A stretch of 63,450 nucleotides of DNA, filler included, from Octopus bimaculoides (Eukaryota), in assembly GCF_001194135.2 (NCBI RefSeq). It is 6 parts of 6 records of this genome, joined end to end, with 100 filler letters (N's around TTAATTAATTAA, not from the genome) between each part and the next. Parts side by side here need not be neighbours in the genome. Positions count along the whole stretch, not along the records: positions 25,527 to 31,277 come from NC_069007.1; positions 31,378 to 55,699 come from NC_068982.1; 4 more parts are not named here. The stretch is one strand, 5' to 3'. Within the stretch, counting starts at the first letter, position 1; each line of letters starts with the position of its first letter. The notes under the pieces were generated by a model. That model was not told where the DNA came from. It searched no databases and saw only the letters and a program-made list of their open reading frames with translations. The translations under genes were made by a program, and so were the position numbers. Positions 25,647-37,181 of the stretch are shown here, piece by piece.

Positions 25647-26332
25647 TGTGTGTAACATGTGTGTAACGTGTGTGTGAATGCACACGTGAGTGAGGGAATG
25701 TGTGTAAGTGCATGTGTGAGTGTGTGCTCATGTGTGTGTGAATGCACATGTGAGTGAGGGAATGTGTGAGTGCATGCATGTACATGTGAGTGTGTGTGTG
25801 TGTGTGTGTGTACAGGAGCATATGTGTGTGTAAGTGCATGTGTGAGTGTGTGCACATGTGTGTGTGAATGCACACATGAGTGAGAGAATGTGTGTGTGTG
25901 CTTGTGTGTACGCATGATAGAGCATGCGTATAAGCATAAAGATATGCATATGTATATGCATTCAAAATGTGTATGCGTATAGTTGTGTGAGTGCACATGC
26001 AGCTTTCGCTTGTACATTGTTACAAAGGTCAGTGACCAGTAAAGTACAGCTGCAGCAACGGTAGCAGCAGCAGCAGCAACAACAACAAATGACACTTTCT
26101 CTCAACAGTCTTATTCTGACAATGTCACATTGATAAATAAAGCCATAACCTGGCACTGGTGAGTTTAGTCTCTCGTGTGATCACGTCATCTGCTAGAAAT
26201 AGCAGCCAAATCAGACCACACTCTTAGAAAAAGAAAATAGGAAGGACATATTGAAGAATGTAGTCACAGATATACCAAACAGGTTCCATCTAGGGATGTC
26301 TTAGATGTGTTGTTGTTGTTGTTGTTGTTGTT

Positions 26333-26628
26333 GGCACTCCGTCGCTTACGACGTCAAGGGTTCCGGTTGATCCGATCAACGGAACAGCCTGCTCGTGAAA
26401 TTAACGTGCAAGTGGCTGAGCACTCCACAGACACGTGTACCCGTAACGTAGTTCTCGGTGGGGGATATTCAGCGTGACACAGAGTGTGACAAGGCTGACC
26501 CTTTGAATTACAGGCACAACAGAAACAGGAAGAAAGAGTGAGAGAAAGTTGTGGTGAAAGAGTACAGCAGGGTTCGCCACCATCCCCTGCCGGAGCCTCG
26601 TGGAGCTTTAGGTGTTTTCGCTCAATAA
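26333..26628 (-). mobile_element. SINE family C, body and tail (head in gap)
   Basis: Reverse complement of 39056-39337, with the (CAA)n tail visible as (GTT)n at 26309-26332. Confidence 0.9.
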
Positions 26629-26983
26629 NNNNNNNNNNNNNNNNNNNNNNNNNNNNNNNNNNNNNNNNNNNNNNNNNNNNNNNNNNNNNNNNNNNNNNNN
26701 NNNNNNNNNNNNNNNNNNNNNNNNNNNNNNNNNNNNNNNNNNNNNNNNNNNNNNNNNNNNNNNNNNNNNNNNNNNNNNNNNNNNNNNNNNNNNNNNNNNN
26801 NNNNNNNNNNNNNNNNNNNNNNNNNNNNNNNNNNNNNNNNNNNNNNNNNNNNNNNNNNNNNNNNNNNNNNNNNNNNNNNNNNNNNNNNNNNNNNNNNNNN
26901 NNNNNNNNNNNNNNNNNNNNNNNNNNNNNNNNNNNNNNNNNNNNNNNNNNNNNNNNNNNNNNNNNNNNNNNNNNNNNNNNNNN

Positions 26984-27285
26984 TGAGCGAAAACACCCAA
27001 AGCTCCACGAGGCTCCGGCAGGGGATGGTGGCGAACCCTGCTGTACTCTTCCACCACAACTTTCTCTCACTCTTACTCCCTGTTTCTGTTGTGCCTGTAA
27101 TTCAAAGGGCCAGCCTTGTGACACTCTGTGTCATGCTGAATATCCCCGAGAACTACGTTAAGGGTACACGTGTCTGTGGAGTGCTCGGCCACTTGCACAT
27201 TAATTTCACGAGCAGGCTGTTCTGTTGATCGGATCAACTGGAACCCTCGATGTCGTAAGTGACGGAGTGCCAACAACAACAACAA
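26984..27285 (+). mobile_element. SINE family C, body and tail (head in gap)
   Basis: tgagcgaaaacacccaaagctccacgaggctccggcagggg...gacggagtgccaacaacaac, matching 38968-39337. Confidence 0.9.
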
Positions 27286-27462
27286 TTACAATAACGAATG
27301 AATGGTTGTTGATTCAACATGAAATATTATCATTGCAAAAACAGTAGTATCATTCTTTTTTACTTTTCATTAGAATCTTTAATTTTTGATAAAATTTTTT
27401 AAATGTGTGTTTAAATAAACCCATTTGAAGAAAGTATCAAGCGGGCTGCAAGATAATAGTCT

Positions 27463-27505
27463 GCAGGCCACATGCGGCCCGTGGGCCTCAGGTTGGACAG
27501 CCCTG
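27463..27505. mobile_element. hAT MITE terminal fragment
   Basis: ggccacatgcggcccgtgggcctcaggttggacagccCTG followed by GTTTAAAC, typical of Charlie-type MITE ends; the other end was not found. Confidence 0.5.
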
Positions 27506-28297
27506 GTTTAAACAGTAAGGAAGAACACACCAGAAAATATAGTCCTACATACACAATGTCTGTATGAAAGATAGGATGGTCACATTTGGAATGCTTTTGA
27601 TTATAGCCCTGCTGAATCAAGGCCAGCCTGGATTACTCAACGAGGAGGGACACACAAGAAAATATAGTCCTAGATACACAATGCCTTAATAGAAGATAGA
27701 ATCAAGGGCATTCAGATATCTCAGTCAAATGTAAATCTTATTTATTCACACTGATTTGAATGTATCATACATTACCCGGTAATTTTAAAATTTTGATATG
27801 TAATTGTTTCTTTTTAAATGACATTGTATGGTATGTGTGAGAGGCCAGATCTAGCTAGTTTGAACATAAACAGGTACAAGTTTGGTGAACTTTGTGGTTG
27901 AAAAGTTGGAAAAAAAAATTACTCAAAACAACACCTAAAATAGCACCATCTGTGAGCAGACATTTGTTACCAGTCGAATTCTGCACTGAAGACCTGTTTT
28001 CATTCTAATTAGCTGATCTAATTTTAGTTTGACCAGATTTTTAACAAGGGGCTTTGCCAACTCCTGCTAAATCAGTAAATCAGGAATTTGGCTGAGCATC
28101 AAATTTGAAATTAAACTAAAGAACAACAGTCTGAATGGGTTAAGAGATTCAGAAAGAAGAAATGATATTGATAATTGTATATGGATAAATATGATATTGG
28201 TAACTGGATATTGGTAAATACAACACTGATAATTAGAGGTCACTTTCAAACGAAAAATTAATTAATGAATATATTATCATATATCTATTTTAACCTC

Positions 28298-28478
28298 CAT
28301 CATCATCATCGTTTAACGTCCACTTTCCATGCTAGCATGGGTTGGACGATTTGGGGACTGGCAAGCCAGGAGGCTGCACCAGGNNNNNNNNNNCTGGCAA
28401 GCCAGGAGGCTGCACCAGGCTCCAATCTGATCTGGCAGAGTTTCTACAGCTGGATGCCCTTCCTAACACCAACCACTC
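28298..28478 (-). mobile_element. RTE-type LINE/SINE 3' tail ending in (GAT)n
   Basis: Reverse complement of the tail at 57969-58068 (cgtccaacccatgctagcatggaaag...gttaaacgatgatgatg). Confidence 0.8.
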
Positions 28479-28516
28479 ATTTTATATCTCTCAAAGTTTC
28501 TAAAAACTTCTTATGA

Positions 28517-28654
28517 CAGACACAAGCATGGCTGTATGATAAAGAAACTCACTTTGCAACCACATGGCATTGGGTTCAGTCTCACTGCATAGCAAATTCT
28601 ATAGCACCAGGTCAACAAATGCTTTGTGAGTGTATTTGGTAGACAGAAGCCCAT

Positions 28655-28685
<31 letters not shown>

Positions 28686-28877
28686 TGCCCTATCATCAAC
28701 CACAAGGCAACCAGTGCAAGTTTGTTTATGTTCTTGTAGCTTAGCAAAGGTGGCTGATAAAATAAGTAACAAGAGTTGAGAAATAAGTAACAGAAGTCAA
28801 TTCGCACAACTAAGCCCTTCAATGTTGTGCCCCAGCATGGCAGCTGTCAAATGATTGAAACAAGTAAAAGATAAAAG
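28517..28877 (+). mobile_element. SINE family A, old copy
   Basis: Degenerate head (catggctgt...gggttcagtc), gtgagtgtatttggtagac, and tail ccccagcatggcagctgtcaaatgattgaaacaagtaaaagataaaag. Confidence 0.7.
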
Positions 28878-28951
28878 TTGTATACAAAGCCGTTTTGAAA
28901 ATGAGGAAATAGAAAATAACGAACCTGGAGAAACAGCCAACAGACAGACAT

Positions 28952-29323
28952 CTGACTGGCTCCCCATGCTGGTGACACGTAAAAAAACACCATTCGAACA
29001 TGGTCGATGCTAGTGCCACCCAACTGGCTCCTGTGCTGGTGGCACTTAAAAAGCACCTTTGAAACATAGTCGATGCCAGTGACGCTGGACTGACTCCCGT
29101 GCCAGTGGCATGTAAAAATCACCATCCGAACATGGGTGATGCCAGCGCTGCCTGACTGGCTCCCATGCGGGTGGCACATAAAAAGCACCATCCAAACATG
29201 GTTGATGCCAGCGCTGCCTGACTGGCTCCCATGCTGGTGGCACATAAAAAGCACCATCCGAACATGGTTGATGCCAGCGCTGCCTGACTGGCTCCCATGC
29301 GGGTGGCACATAAAAAGCACCAT
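28952..29323. repeat. 66-bp minisatellite, at least 5.5 units, continuing into an N gap
   Basis: Unit GACTGGCTCCCATGC(T/G)GGTGGCACATAAAAAGCACCATCC(G/A)AACATGGTTGATGCCAGCGCTGCCT. Confidence 0.92.
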
Positions 29324-29977
29324 NNNNNNNNNNNNNNNNNNNNNNNNNNNNNNNNNNNNNNNNNNNNNNNNNNNNNNNNNNNNNNNNNNNNNNNNNNNNN
29401 NNNNNNNNNNNNNNNNNNNNNNNNNNNNNNNNNNNNNNNNNNNNNNNNNNNNNNNNNNNNNNNNNNNNNNNNNNNNNNNNNNNNNNNNNNNNNNNNNNNN
29501 NNNNNNNNNNNNNNNNNNNNNNNNNNNNNNNNNNNNNNNNNNNNNNNNNNNNNNNNNNNNNNNNNNNNNNNNNNNNNNNNNNNNNNNNNNNNNNNNNNNN
29601 NNNNNNNNNNNNNNNNNNNNNNNNNNNNNNNNNNNNNNNNNNNNNNNNNNNNNNNNNNNNNNNNNNNNNNNNNNNNNNNNNNNNNNNNNNNNNNNNNNNN
29701 NNNNNNNNNNNNNNNNNNNNNNNNNNNNNNNNNNNNNNNNNNNNNNNNNNNNNNNNNNNNNNNNNNNNNNNNNNNNNNNNNNNNNNNNNNNNNNNNNNNN
29801 NNNNNNNNNNNNNNNNNNNNNNNNNNNNNNNNNNNNNNNNNNNNNNNNNNNNNNNNNNNNNNNNNNNNNNNNNNNNNNNNNNNNNNNNNNNNNNNNNNNN
29901 NNNNNNNNNNNNNNNNNNNNNNNNNNNNNNNNNNNNNNNNNNNNNNNNNNNNNNNTGTTTTTATCCTTTTTATCTTA

Positions 29978-30240
29978 GGTACATGCATGGCTGTGTGGCT
30001 ACAAAAAGCTTGCTTCTCAACCATGTGTTCTTGGGTTCAGTCCCATCGTGCAGTAGCCTGGGCAAGTATCTTCTACTATAGCCCCAGGCCAACCAAAGCC
30101 TTGTGAGTGGATTTGGTAGAGAGAAACTCTATCAAAGCCCATCGTGTGTTTGTTTCTGTTTACTCTTGTCTTAACATCATGTGATGATTGAAAATAAGCA
30201 TCACCATCATACAAGTGCTGTTCTTCATTTACTGTCAACC
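29978..30240 (+). mobile_element. SINE with family A head and body but a different 3' tail
   Basis: Head and CORE-like segment as in family A, then ...cttgtcttaacatcatgtgatgattgaaaataagcatcaccatcatacaag instead of the family A tail. Confidence 0.7.
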
Positions 30241-30292
30241 AAGGTGAAATATTACCTTGGAAATAATAATAAATAATAATAATAATAATATA

Positions 30293-30476
30293 GGCGCAGG
30301 AGTGGCTGTGTGGTAAGTAGCTCGCTTACCAAACCACATGGTTCCGGGTTCAGTTCCATTGCGTGGCACCTTGGGCAAGTGTCTTCTACCATAGCCTCGG
30401 GCCGACCAAAGTCTTGTGAGTGGATTTGGTAGACGGAAACTGAAAGAAGCCCATCATATATATGTATATATATATA

Positions 30477-30521
<45 letters not shown>

Positions 30522-30729
30522 TTGTGTGTCTGTGTTTGTCCCCCCATCATCGCTTGACAACTGATGCTGGTGTGTTTACGCCCCCGTAACTTAGCGGTTC
30601 GGCAAAAAGAGACTGATAGAATAAGTACTAGGCTTCCAAAGAATAAGTCCTGGGGTCGATTTGCTCAACTAAAGGCGGTGCTCCAGCATGGCCACAGTCA
30701 AATGACTGAAACAAGTGAAAGAGTAAAGA

Positions 30730-30730
<1 letters not shown>
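30293..30730 (+). mobile_element. SINE family A, full length
   Basis: Near-identical to 14121-14525; flanked by (AAT)n on both sides. Confidence 0.92.
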
Positions 30731-30767
<37 letters not shown>

Positions 30768-31377
30768 CCTTTCTACTATAGGAACAAGGCCTAAAATTTG
30801 AGGGGAGGGGACTAATCGATTACATCAACCCCAGTGGTACTTAATTTACTGACCTCGACCAATAATTGTTCAAGTCAAACTATTGACCAATTATATATAA
30901 ACTATTCATAAAAATAGAATGTGACCTTAAATGCAGATGTGACCCTAAGGCACAGGGGTGACCCTAAGGCACAAGTGTGGCCCAAAGGTGTAGGTGTGGT
31001 CGTGTTGTTAACAAGCTTGCTTTCCAACCATGAAAGGCAAAGCTGACCACAGCAGGATTTGGACTTAGAAATTTAAGGGCCACAACTAAATAGCACAAAG
31101 CATTTTTATCAATTGCTCTACCGAGTCTCTGTAGTAACAGATAAGGTGTAAGTATGGTCCAAATTCGCAGGTGTGGCTGTGTGGTTAACACACCTGAAAT
31201 ATAATAAAGGGCCATGACTAGCTAGCACATGGTATTTTTATCAGACGCTCTACCGATTCTACACAGTAACAGATAATNNNNNNNNNNNNNNNNNNNNNNN
31301 NNNNNNNNNNNNNNNNNNNNNTTAATTAATTAANNNNNNNNNNNNNNNNNNNNNNNNNNNNNNNNNNNNNNNNNNNN

Positions 31378-31429
31378 GAAGAAGAAGAAGAAGAAGAAGA
31401 AGAAGAAGAAGAAGAAGAAGAAGAAGAAG

Positions 31430-31459
<30 letters not shown>
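31378..31459. repeat. (GAA)n microsatellite
   Basis: Directly visible. Confidence 0.95.
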
Positions 31460-31460
<1 letters not shown>

Positions 31461-31650
31461 GGGAGTTGGAAAAGAAGAGAAAGAATAATAAAAAGTGCGT
31501 GAGTGGTATGATAGTAGTAGGATGTTGGTAGAATCCTCTTAAATAGTCAAGTGACCTAAAAGTGACCTGTTGTGGAGATTGGAATTGTTCTGAATAAATT
31601 CATGGGTAGTGACTGTTCTGAATATATCGATTTTAATATTTGCGGGGGTA

Positions 31651-32065
31651 TTATTCTAAGGCCCTTGTAGTAGTGCCATTTGTGGTGAACGCATTCAAAA
31701 GGGGTTTATATTTTGTGATGAAATATGACTCTTTACTAATGCGCTGACTACAGGTTGCATCGTCCCTGAATTTGTAGAGAGGTAAAATTCTGAAGCTAGG
31801 TTGTTTGTTAGTGGCGCAAATGTCAATGTGTTCGCTGAATGCTATTTTTCTGTATTCCCGAATTTTTATCTGGGATCTATGTGGAGCCATCCTTTGACGT
31901 AAACTGTTTTTGGTTTGGCCTATGTATTGCTCTCGACACCCAGAACAAGTTAATACATATATTAGGTTCTCCGAAGTACATGTGAAGTTGTTTTTCACTG
32001 TAAAACTTTGACCCTGTTTGAAAGAGAACTCCGATCCCTCAATTAGGTTGACACATGAGTGAAAA
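31651..32065 (-). mobile_element. Penelope-like element, GIY-YIG endonuclease C-terminal fragment
   Basis: Uninterrupted frame: SCVNLIEGSEF...NFTCTSENLIYVLTCSGCREQYIGQTKNSLRQRMAPHR...FSEH...RISKESYFITKYKPLLN. This has the IY..YIG motifs, catalytic R and E, the terminal LN, and the CCHH-type linker of PLE endonucleases. No RT is seen upstream. Confidence 0.88.
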
Positions 32066-32277
32066 AGAGAGACAGAAACAGACAGAAAAAAGGAAAATGT
32101 CCCTTGCATTTGAAAACTATGAAAATATTTTTAAAAAACATTTCATTTAATTTTTCCACAATTTAATTGTTTTTCATGCTTAACTCTAAGTCGAAAAAGT
32201 CGCGAAGACTGAAACTGGTACTAAAATGTTCTACAAGATAAAATTACTTTAGCATTTTCTACCTTGTCTTATTTTGC

Positions 32278-32308
<31 letters not shown>

Positions 32309-32315
<7 letters not shown>

Positions 32316-32543
32316 ATCCTTCGATATATCACGGTTCACCTATCGCGGTTTATCATTTAAGCTTACGTCGATTACTCCGTGGTGTTGTTTTGCATTTATA
32401 ATAAAATAAATATTACAAATTATAAAAAATAATTTTAAAGAATATACAGTACAGTACTGTTTCTACTTTGCGGATTATCACCTATCGCGGCGTTTTTTAA
32501 TTTTTTTTTTATTGTAACAACCGTGATAGTCGAGGGATTACTG
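32309..32543. mobile_element. Tigger/pogo-like MITE
   Basis: TIRs ca(ga)gtaatccttcgatatatcacggtt and aaccgtgatagtcgagggattactg|TA. The left TA is lost in a (CA)n run. Confidence 0.8.
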
Positions 32544-33586
32544 TATATACATGCGCACGTGTTTGTACGAATATATACATGTTACGTGTGTATACATAGT
32601 GTTCTGAATACACGACTAGGCTCTAATTTTACCAAAGAAGCTTCCATATTTTCTGCTATGCTACTCCCAATCTTTTGAGAGTGTGGGGAGACATTAAAGT
32701 TCCTAAGTCAATCATCAAAGCTTTTAGACCTTTCTAGTCTCATTTTTTGGGATGGAACGATGTCAATGTATGTGGGTGCCTCTTTGTAGCAAGCAGGGTC
32801 AATAAGACTGGTGCAGACATTACTGCCAGAGTTTGAATTTTCACCGTTAGATTCACATCGTACAGGCTAATGTTTCATTTTGTTTGAGATTTATGCATGT
32901 TGTTCGTGTGTTTGTTTTAACATTTTCTGTGCAATGCATCTTGCTTCCTTTATTAATCGTCTATTTGTTTCGGGGGTAGAGGTGGGGGACTTCTGTATAG
33001 AATATAGATGTGTCTGCCAATATTTTCCGAGCTGATTTTGTTTTGGTGTTGTGTGACGGAATGACATTGAAATGGCAACTCGTCGTGAATGCACTGAATA
33101 ACTGAGGAAGAGTGTCGCATAAACAATATGACAGGTATCACCATCACCACCACCACACTATCATCATCATTATCATCATCACTATCATCGCCATCACCAG
33201 CACTCTCACTACCCCCATTATCAGCATCACAAGCACCAGCACCAGCACCACTGCGACCACCGTCATCATCTTCATCATTAATGATTGATTTATTGATGAG
33301 TTATCAAATTAATGACTGATGACTTACAGCAGAGGCGTGGATCACAGATTAGTGACGACTCACTCATAAGAAAAATACTGATTACAGATAAGTGATGGTG
33401 TTACCTTATGAATGAAGTACAGATGGCTGGTTAGGTATTGACCAACCTTCGATCATAAACCAGAATTAATTTTTGATTTATCCATGCATGTTTTGGTTTC
33501 TTTTGAAGAATTTAAAACAGAACGAGTAGCGTAACGACTTTTGTAGGTACTTGTCTTTATATTTATATATTCTTAAAATTGTCAGT

Positions 33587-33915
33587 TGCGTATCATACTT
33601 AGTGCGGATATTTCGCGAAAAGGTGTTTGTCCGGAAATGATATCTTTTGTGGACGCACCGTGCTTAAAAGCACAAATATATATCAGTCGCCGACGAAAAT
33701 CGTCCAGCACCGGCGGCGAGAATGCTAGATACGCATTTCTCCTTCGTTGGGTTTTGTCAATACCATGTACACACTGTCAAACGCATGCTAAGACAAAACT
33801 AGCACTCTTCCGCCGCTGCTGTATATTTGTGTATTTGTGTTTTTAAGCACAGTACGTCCATAGGGGATATCTCCGGACGAATACCGCGATGTATCCGCAT
33901 TAAGTGTGATACACA
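33587..33915. mobile_element. Foldback or long-TIR MITE-like element
   Basis: Outer arms of about 90 bp (gtatcatacttagtgcggatat...gtgcttaaaagcacaaatat and its inverted counterpart), plus inner arms cagcaccggcggcgagaatgctag / ctagcactcttccgccgctgctg. Confidence 0.8.
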
Positions 33916-34769
33916 GGTAGCTATTTTAAACGAACACTGCATCTATTGCACATAATGGATATATTCTTAAATTTGTCATACACATAAAGTGGAAATATTC
34001 ATTTTATTATAAGTACATCTGTGTCTTCCAATATCTGTAGTGCCGTCTATTCTGTTATTCCAATCAACCAATGAGATCAATAGGCTGTTTTCAAATATTT
34101 CTGTGAAAACCTTACACTCTTCTTCTCATCTGATGAACCGAAAAAAGAAACTTTATATAACGACCGTAAAGATTCAGTTATGCTAGATTACATACACACA
34201 CACACACATAAATATACATTTAATAACACATTCATCTATAGATATAAACTCACACATATATCTTTTACTACGCACACACTCAAACACAGCTTCTCACATT
34301 TATATAGCCTCAAACAGCTGCAAGGCACAGTTCCTTCACATCATCTAATCAATTTTCACAATTATTATCCTTAAACTGACCTTTCGGAGGTCATCGGTTT
34401 AGTGACCAAAATATGTCACCTCTTATCTTGCTTAGTGGAATGAAATTAAACAAGTGTCAGGACTTTAGAAATTCAACGTCATTCTTCAAAGCAGACGATG
34501 TAGAGCAGAGACTGTAGGTCACAAGTAACACAATTCGATCCTTTTGACATACGATTCTTTTATTCATCTGTCGGTGATTTAATGAAATAATTTCATAAAA
34601 TGAACAGATTGATGAATGAACGGACATGAATCTTCTGCACTACCTTTAGCTGCAACTTTGTTAATCAATATCTACATCAAATACCTATATATAGTAAACA
34701 TTTAGGTATTTTATATATACGTTCAATATCTGTAGAATTTGTAAGGAAAGTAAACGTCTGTAAAATGTA

Positions 34770-36248
34770 TTTGTCTATCTGTTTATCCAGTTAACATCTA
34801 CACAGTGTGTCTATTTGACCAGTTAAAACTGCATCTGTCTATATATTGCAACAACTACACACTGTGTCTGTCTATAATCAGTATCTATACACTTTTACTT
34901 ATCTATCCATTAAACATTTGCACATGCTGACTATCTAGCCATTCAACATTTACACATTCTATCTGACTATTTATCTAGCTAGCTAGTTACCTATCCAGAT
35001 ATGATCTATAGTGTGTTTTTGAATACAGTTAAATCAACATATTGTGTCTATATTTCCGGTCAAAATTTACCCACTGTATCTATCTACGTAGTGAACATCT
35101 ATACTACCCTGCTTGACTATCCTGGCTAAATTTATACTCTGTGCTTAGCTGATAATATAAATGCAGGGATAATCTTGGAAGGAGGATACTCTCTGTCACA
35201 GTGATAACGGAATATTCACGTAGAATCACAAAATAATTAAAGTAAACCCCAAATAAACAAAACAATGAACACTCGTACAAAATCGATATAATTACGCTGG
35301 GAAGGATGAACAGAAAAGAAATTAACGCTTCGGATAGTGGTTTTTTGCCAAGTACAGAAAAATGAAGGGGTGACCAATGTTAACTACAAAAACGATATTG
35401 ATTTTAGGGAGCAGTATGGTGAGTGCTAGAAAGGGAGGGAATAGAGTAGAAGTACATGTAGAATAGTGGTTTGTAGCAAAATCTGAGCGAGATAAGCATG
35501 GGTTGGTTTATAGAAATGTGATGTGATGATGGTGTGATCATAGCATAATAGTGAGTATGAATATGAGCATGTGTGTTGCCGAGGAATGTATAGGGTTCAA
35601 GGTAGATGAGTAGTGTGGTGCGCGCGCATGTGTGTGTGTGGAGGCGGGGCGAAATATATGTGAGGGCGTATTTGGGAGCCTGGTTAAGTCTTGGAGGAAA
35701 GGTACTTTCTTTTAAGGGAAAAACAATTCAGTTATTAATCACAGCTAGAATAAAATGTTTTAATCGGAACAGCAATTGCTATTCCTGATGGAGATGAGAG
35801 AATGGCCGAACCCTAGTGTTGTACAATGTCGCAAACAGCGTGATGTGGGTTGGTGTATCCTGGAAAACTGAAGCAACTGACCTTTTTATACACTGTGTCT
35901 ATTTATCGAATCAACATCTACACATTATGTCTACCTATCCGATCAGCATCAATACACTGTGTCTAACTATTCCACCACATTCTATCTATACAATCAACAT
36001 CTACACACGGTTTTTCTCTATCTACACACCATACATAGTGTCACAGTGTTTATTATTCACTCAACATCTACACATCGTGTCAATCTATACAGTCAGCATC
36101 TCTACACTGTATTTATCTACTCAGTCAACATCTACACATTGTGTCTATCAAGAGCCGCATTTCTCCAATCAAAATCTACACATCGTGTCTATCCACTCAT
36201 TCAACACGAGCATATTCAGCCTATCTAACCAATCAACATCTATTTATC

Positions 36249-36250
<2 letters not shown>
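34770..36250. repeat. Two blocks (about 34770-35150 and 35890-36250) of a degenerate 32-bp minisatellite grading into (TATC)n
   Basis: Recurrent unit tcaacatctacacat(c/t)gtgtctatctat(a/c)cag; explains the QHLHIVSI-repeat ORF at 35816-36355. Confidence 0.75.
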
Positions 36251-36333
<83 letters not shown>

Positions 36334-37181
36334 GTCTGTCTGTCTGTCTATCTAATCTATCCAATCATCATCTGCGCAATGTGTTCATCTAACCGCTTAA
36401 CACCAACCTACTGTGTCTGTCTATCTAATCACCCTTTACACTCTGTGTCTATCAATCCATCTGTCGTGTCTGTCTTTCCGGTCCAACTGAGTACTGGAAA
36501 TGTTATCGTATCCTGTTTCTATTGAAACTGAATCCATATCACATACAGTTGGGTCTCCATAATCTAGTTTCAACCATTTCTAGTTTAAAGTAGTCATTTC
36601 GCTTCGTTGTTGCCTCTGGGAACAGTAATGCAGTATTGAACTCTACAAGATGCTTATATATANNNNNNNNNNNNNNNNNNNNNNNNNNNNNNNNNNNNNN
36701 NNNNNNNNNNNNNNNNNNNNNNNNNNNNNNNNNNNNNNNNNNNNNNNNNNNNNNNNNNNNNNNNNNNNNNNNNNNNNNNNNNNNNNNNNNNNNNNNNNNN
36801 NNNNNNNNNNNNNNNNNNNNNNNNNNNNNNNNNNNNNNNNNNNNNNNNNNNNNNNNNNNNNNNNNNNNNNNNNNNNNNNNNNNNNNNNNNNNNNNNNNNN
36901 NNNNNNNNNNNNNNNNNNNNNNNNNNNNNNNNNNNNNNNNNNNNNNNNNNNNNNNNNNNNNNNNNNNNNNNNNNNNNNNNNNNNNNNNNNNNNNNNNNNN
37001 NNNNNNNNNNNNNNNNNNNNNNNNNNNNNNNNNNNNNNNNNNNNNNNNNNNNNNNNNNNNNNNNNNNNNNNNNNNNNNNNNNNNNNNNNNNNNNNNNNNN
37101 NNNNNNNNNNNNNNNNNNNNNNNNNNNNNNNNNNNNNNNNNNNNNNNNNNNNNNNNNNNNNNNNNNNNNNNNNNNNNNNNN

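Noticed and set aside
27705-27880. Possible fragment of a piggyBac-like MITE (from recall)
   Set aside because: No TIRs or TTAA target visible.
28368-28419. Direct repeat ctggcaagccaggaggctgcaccagg on both sides of 10 N
   Set aside because: Overlapping contig ends left unmerged; assembly artefact.
29046-29323. Repetitive ORFs on both strands
   Set aside because: Consequence of the 66-bp (multiple of 3) tandem unit. Not CRISPR-like either: there are no unique spacers.
35816-36392. 179-aa ORF with QHLHIVSI repeats
   Set aside because: Translation of the 32-bp minisatellite and (TATC)n.
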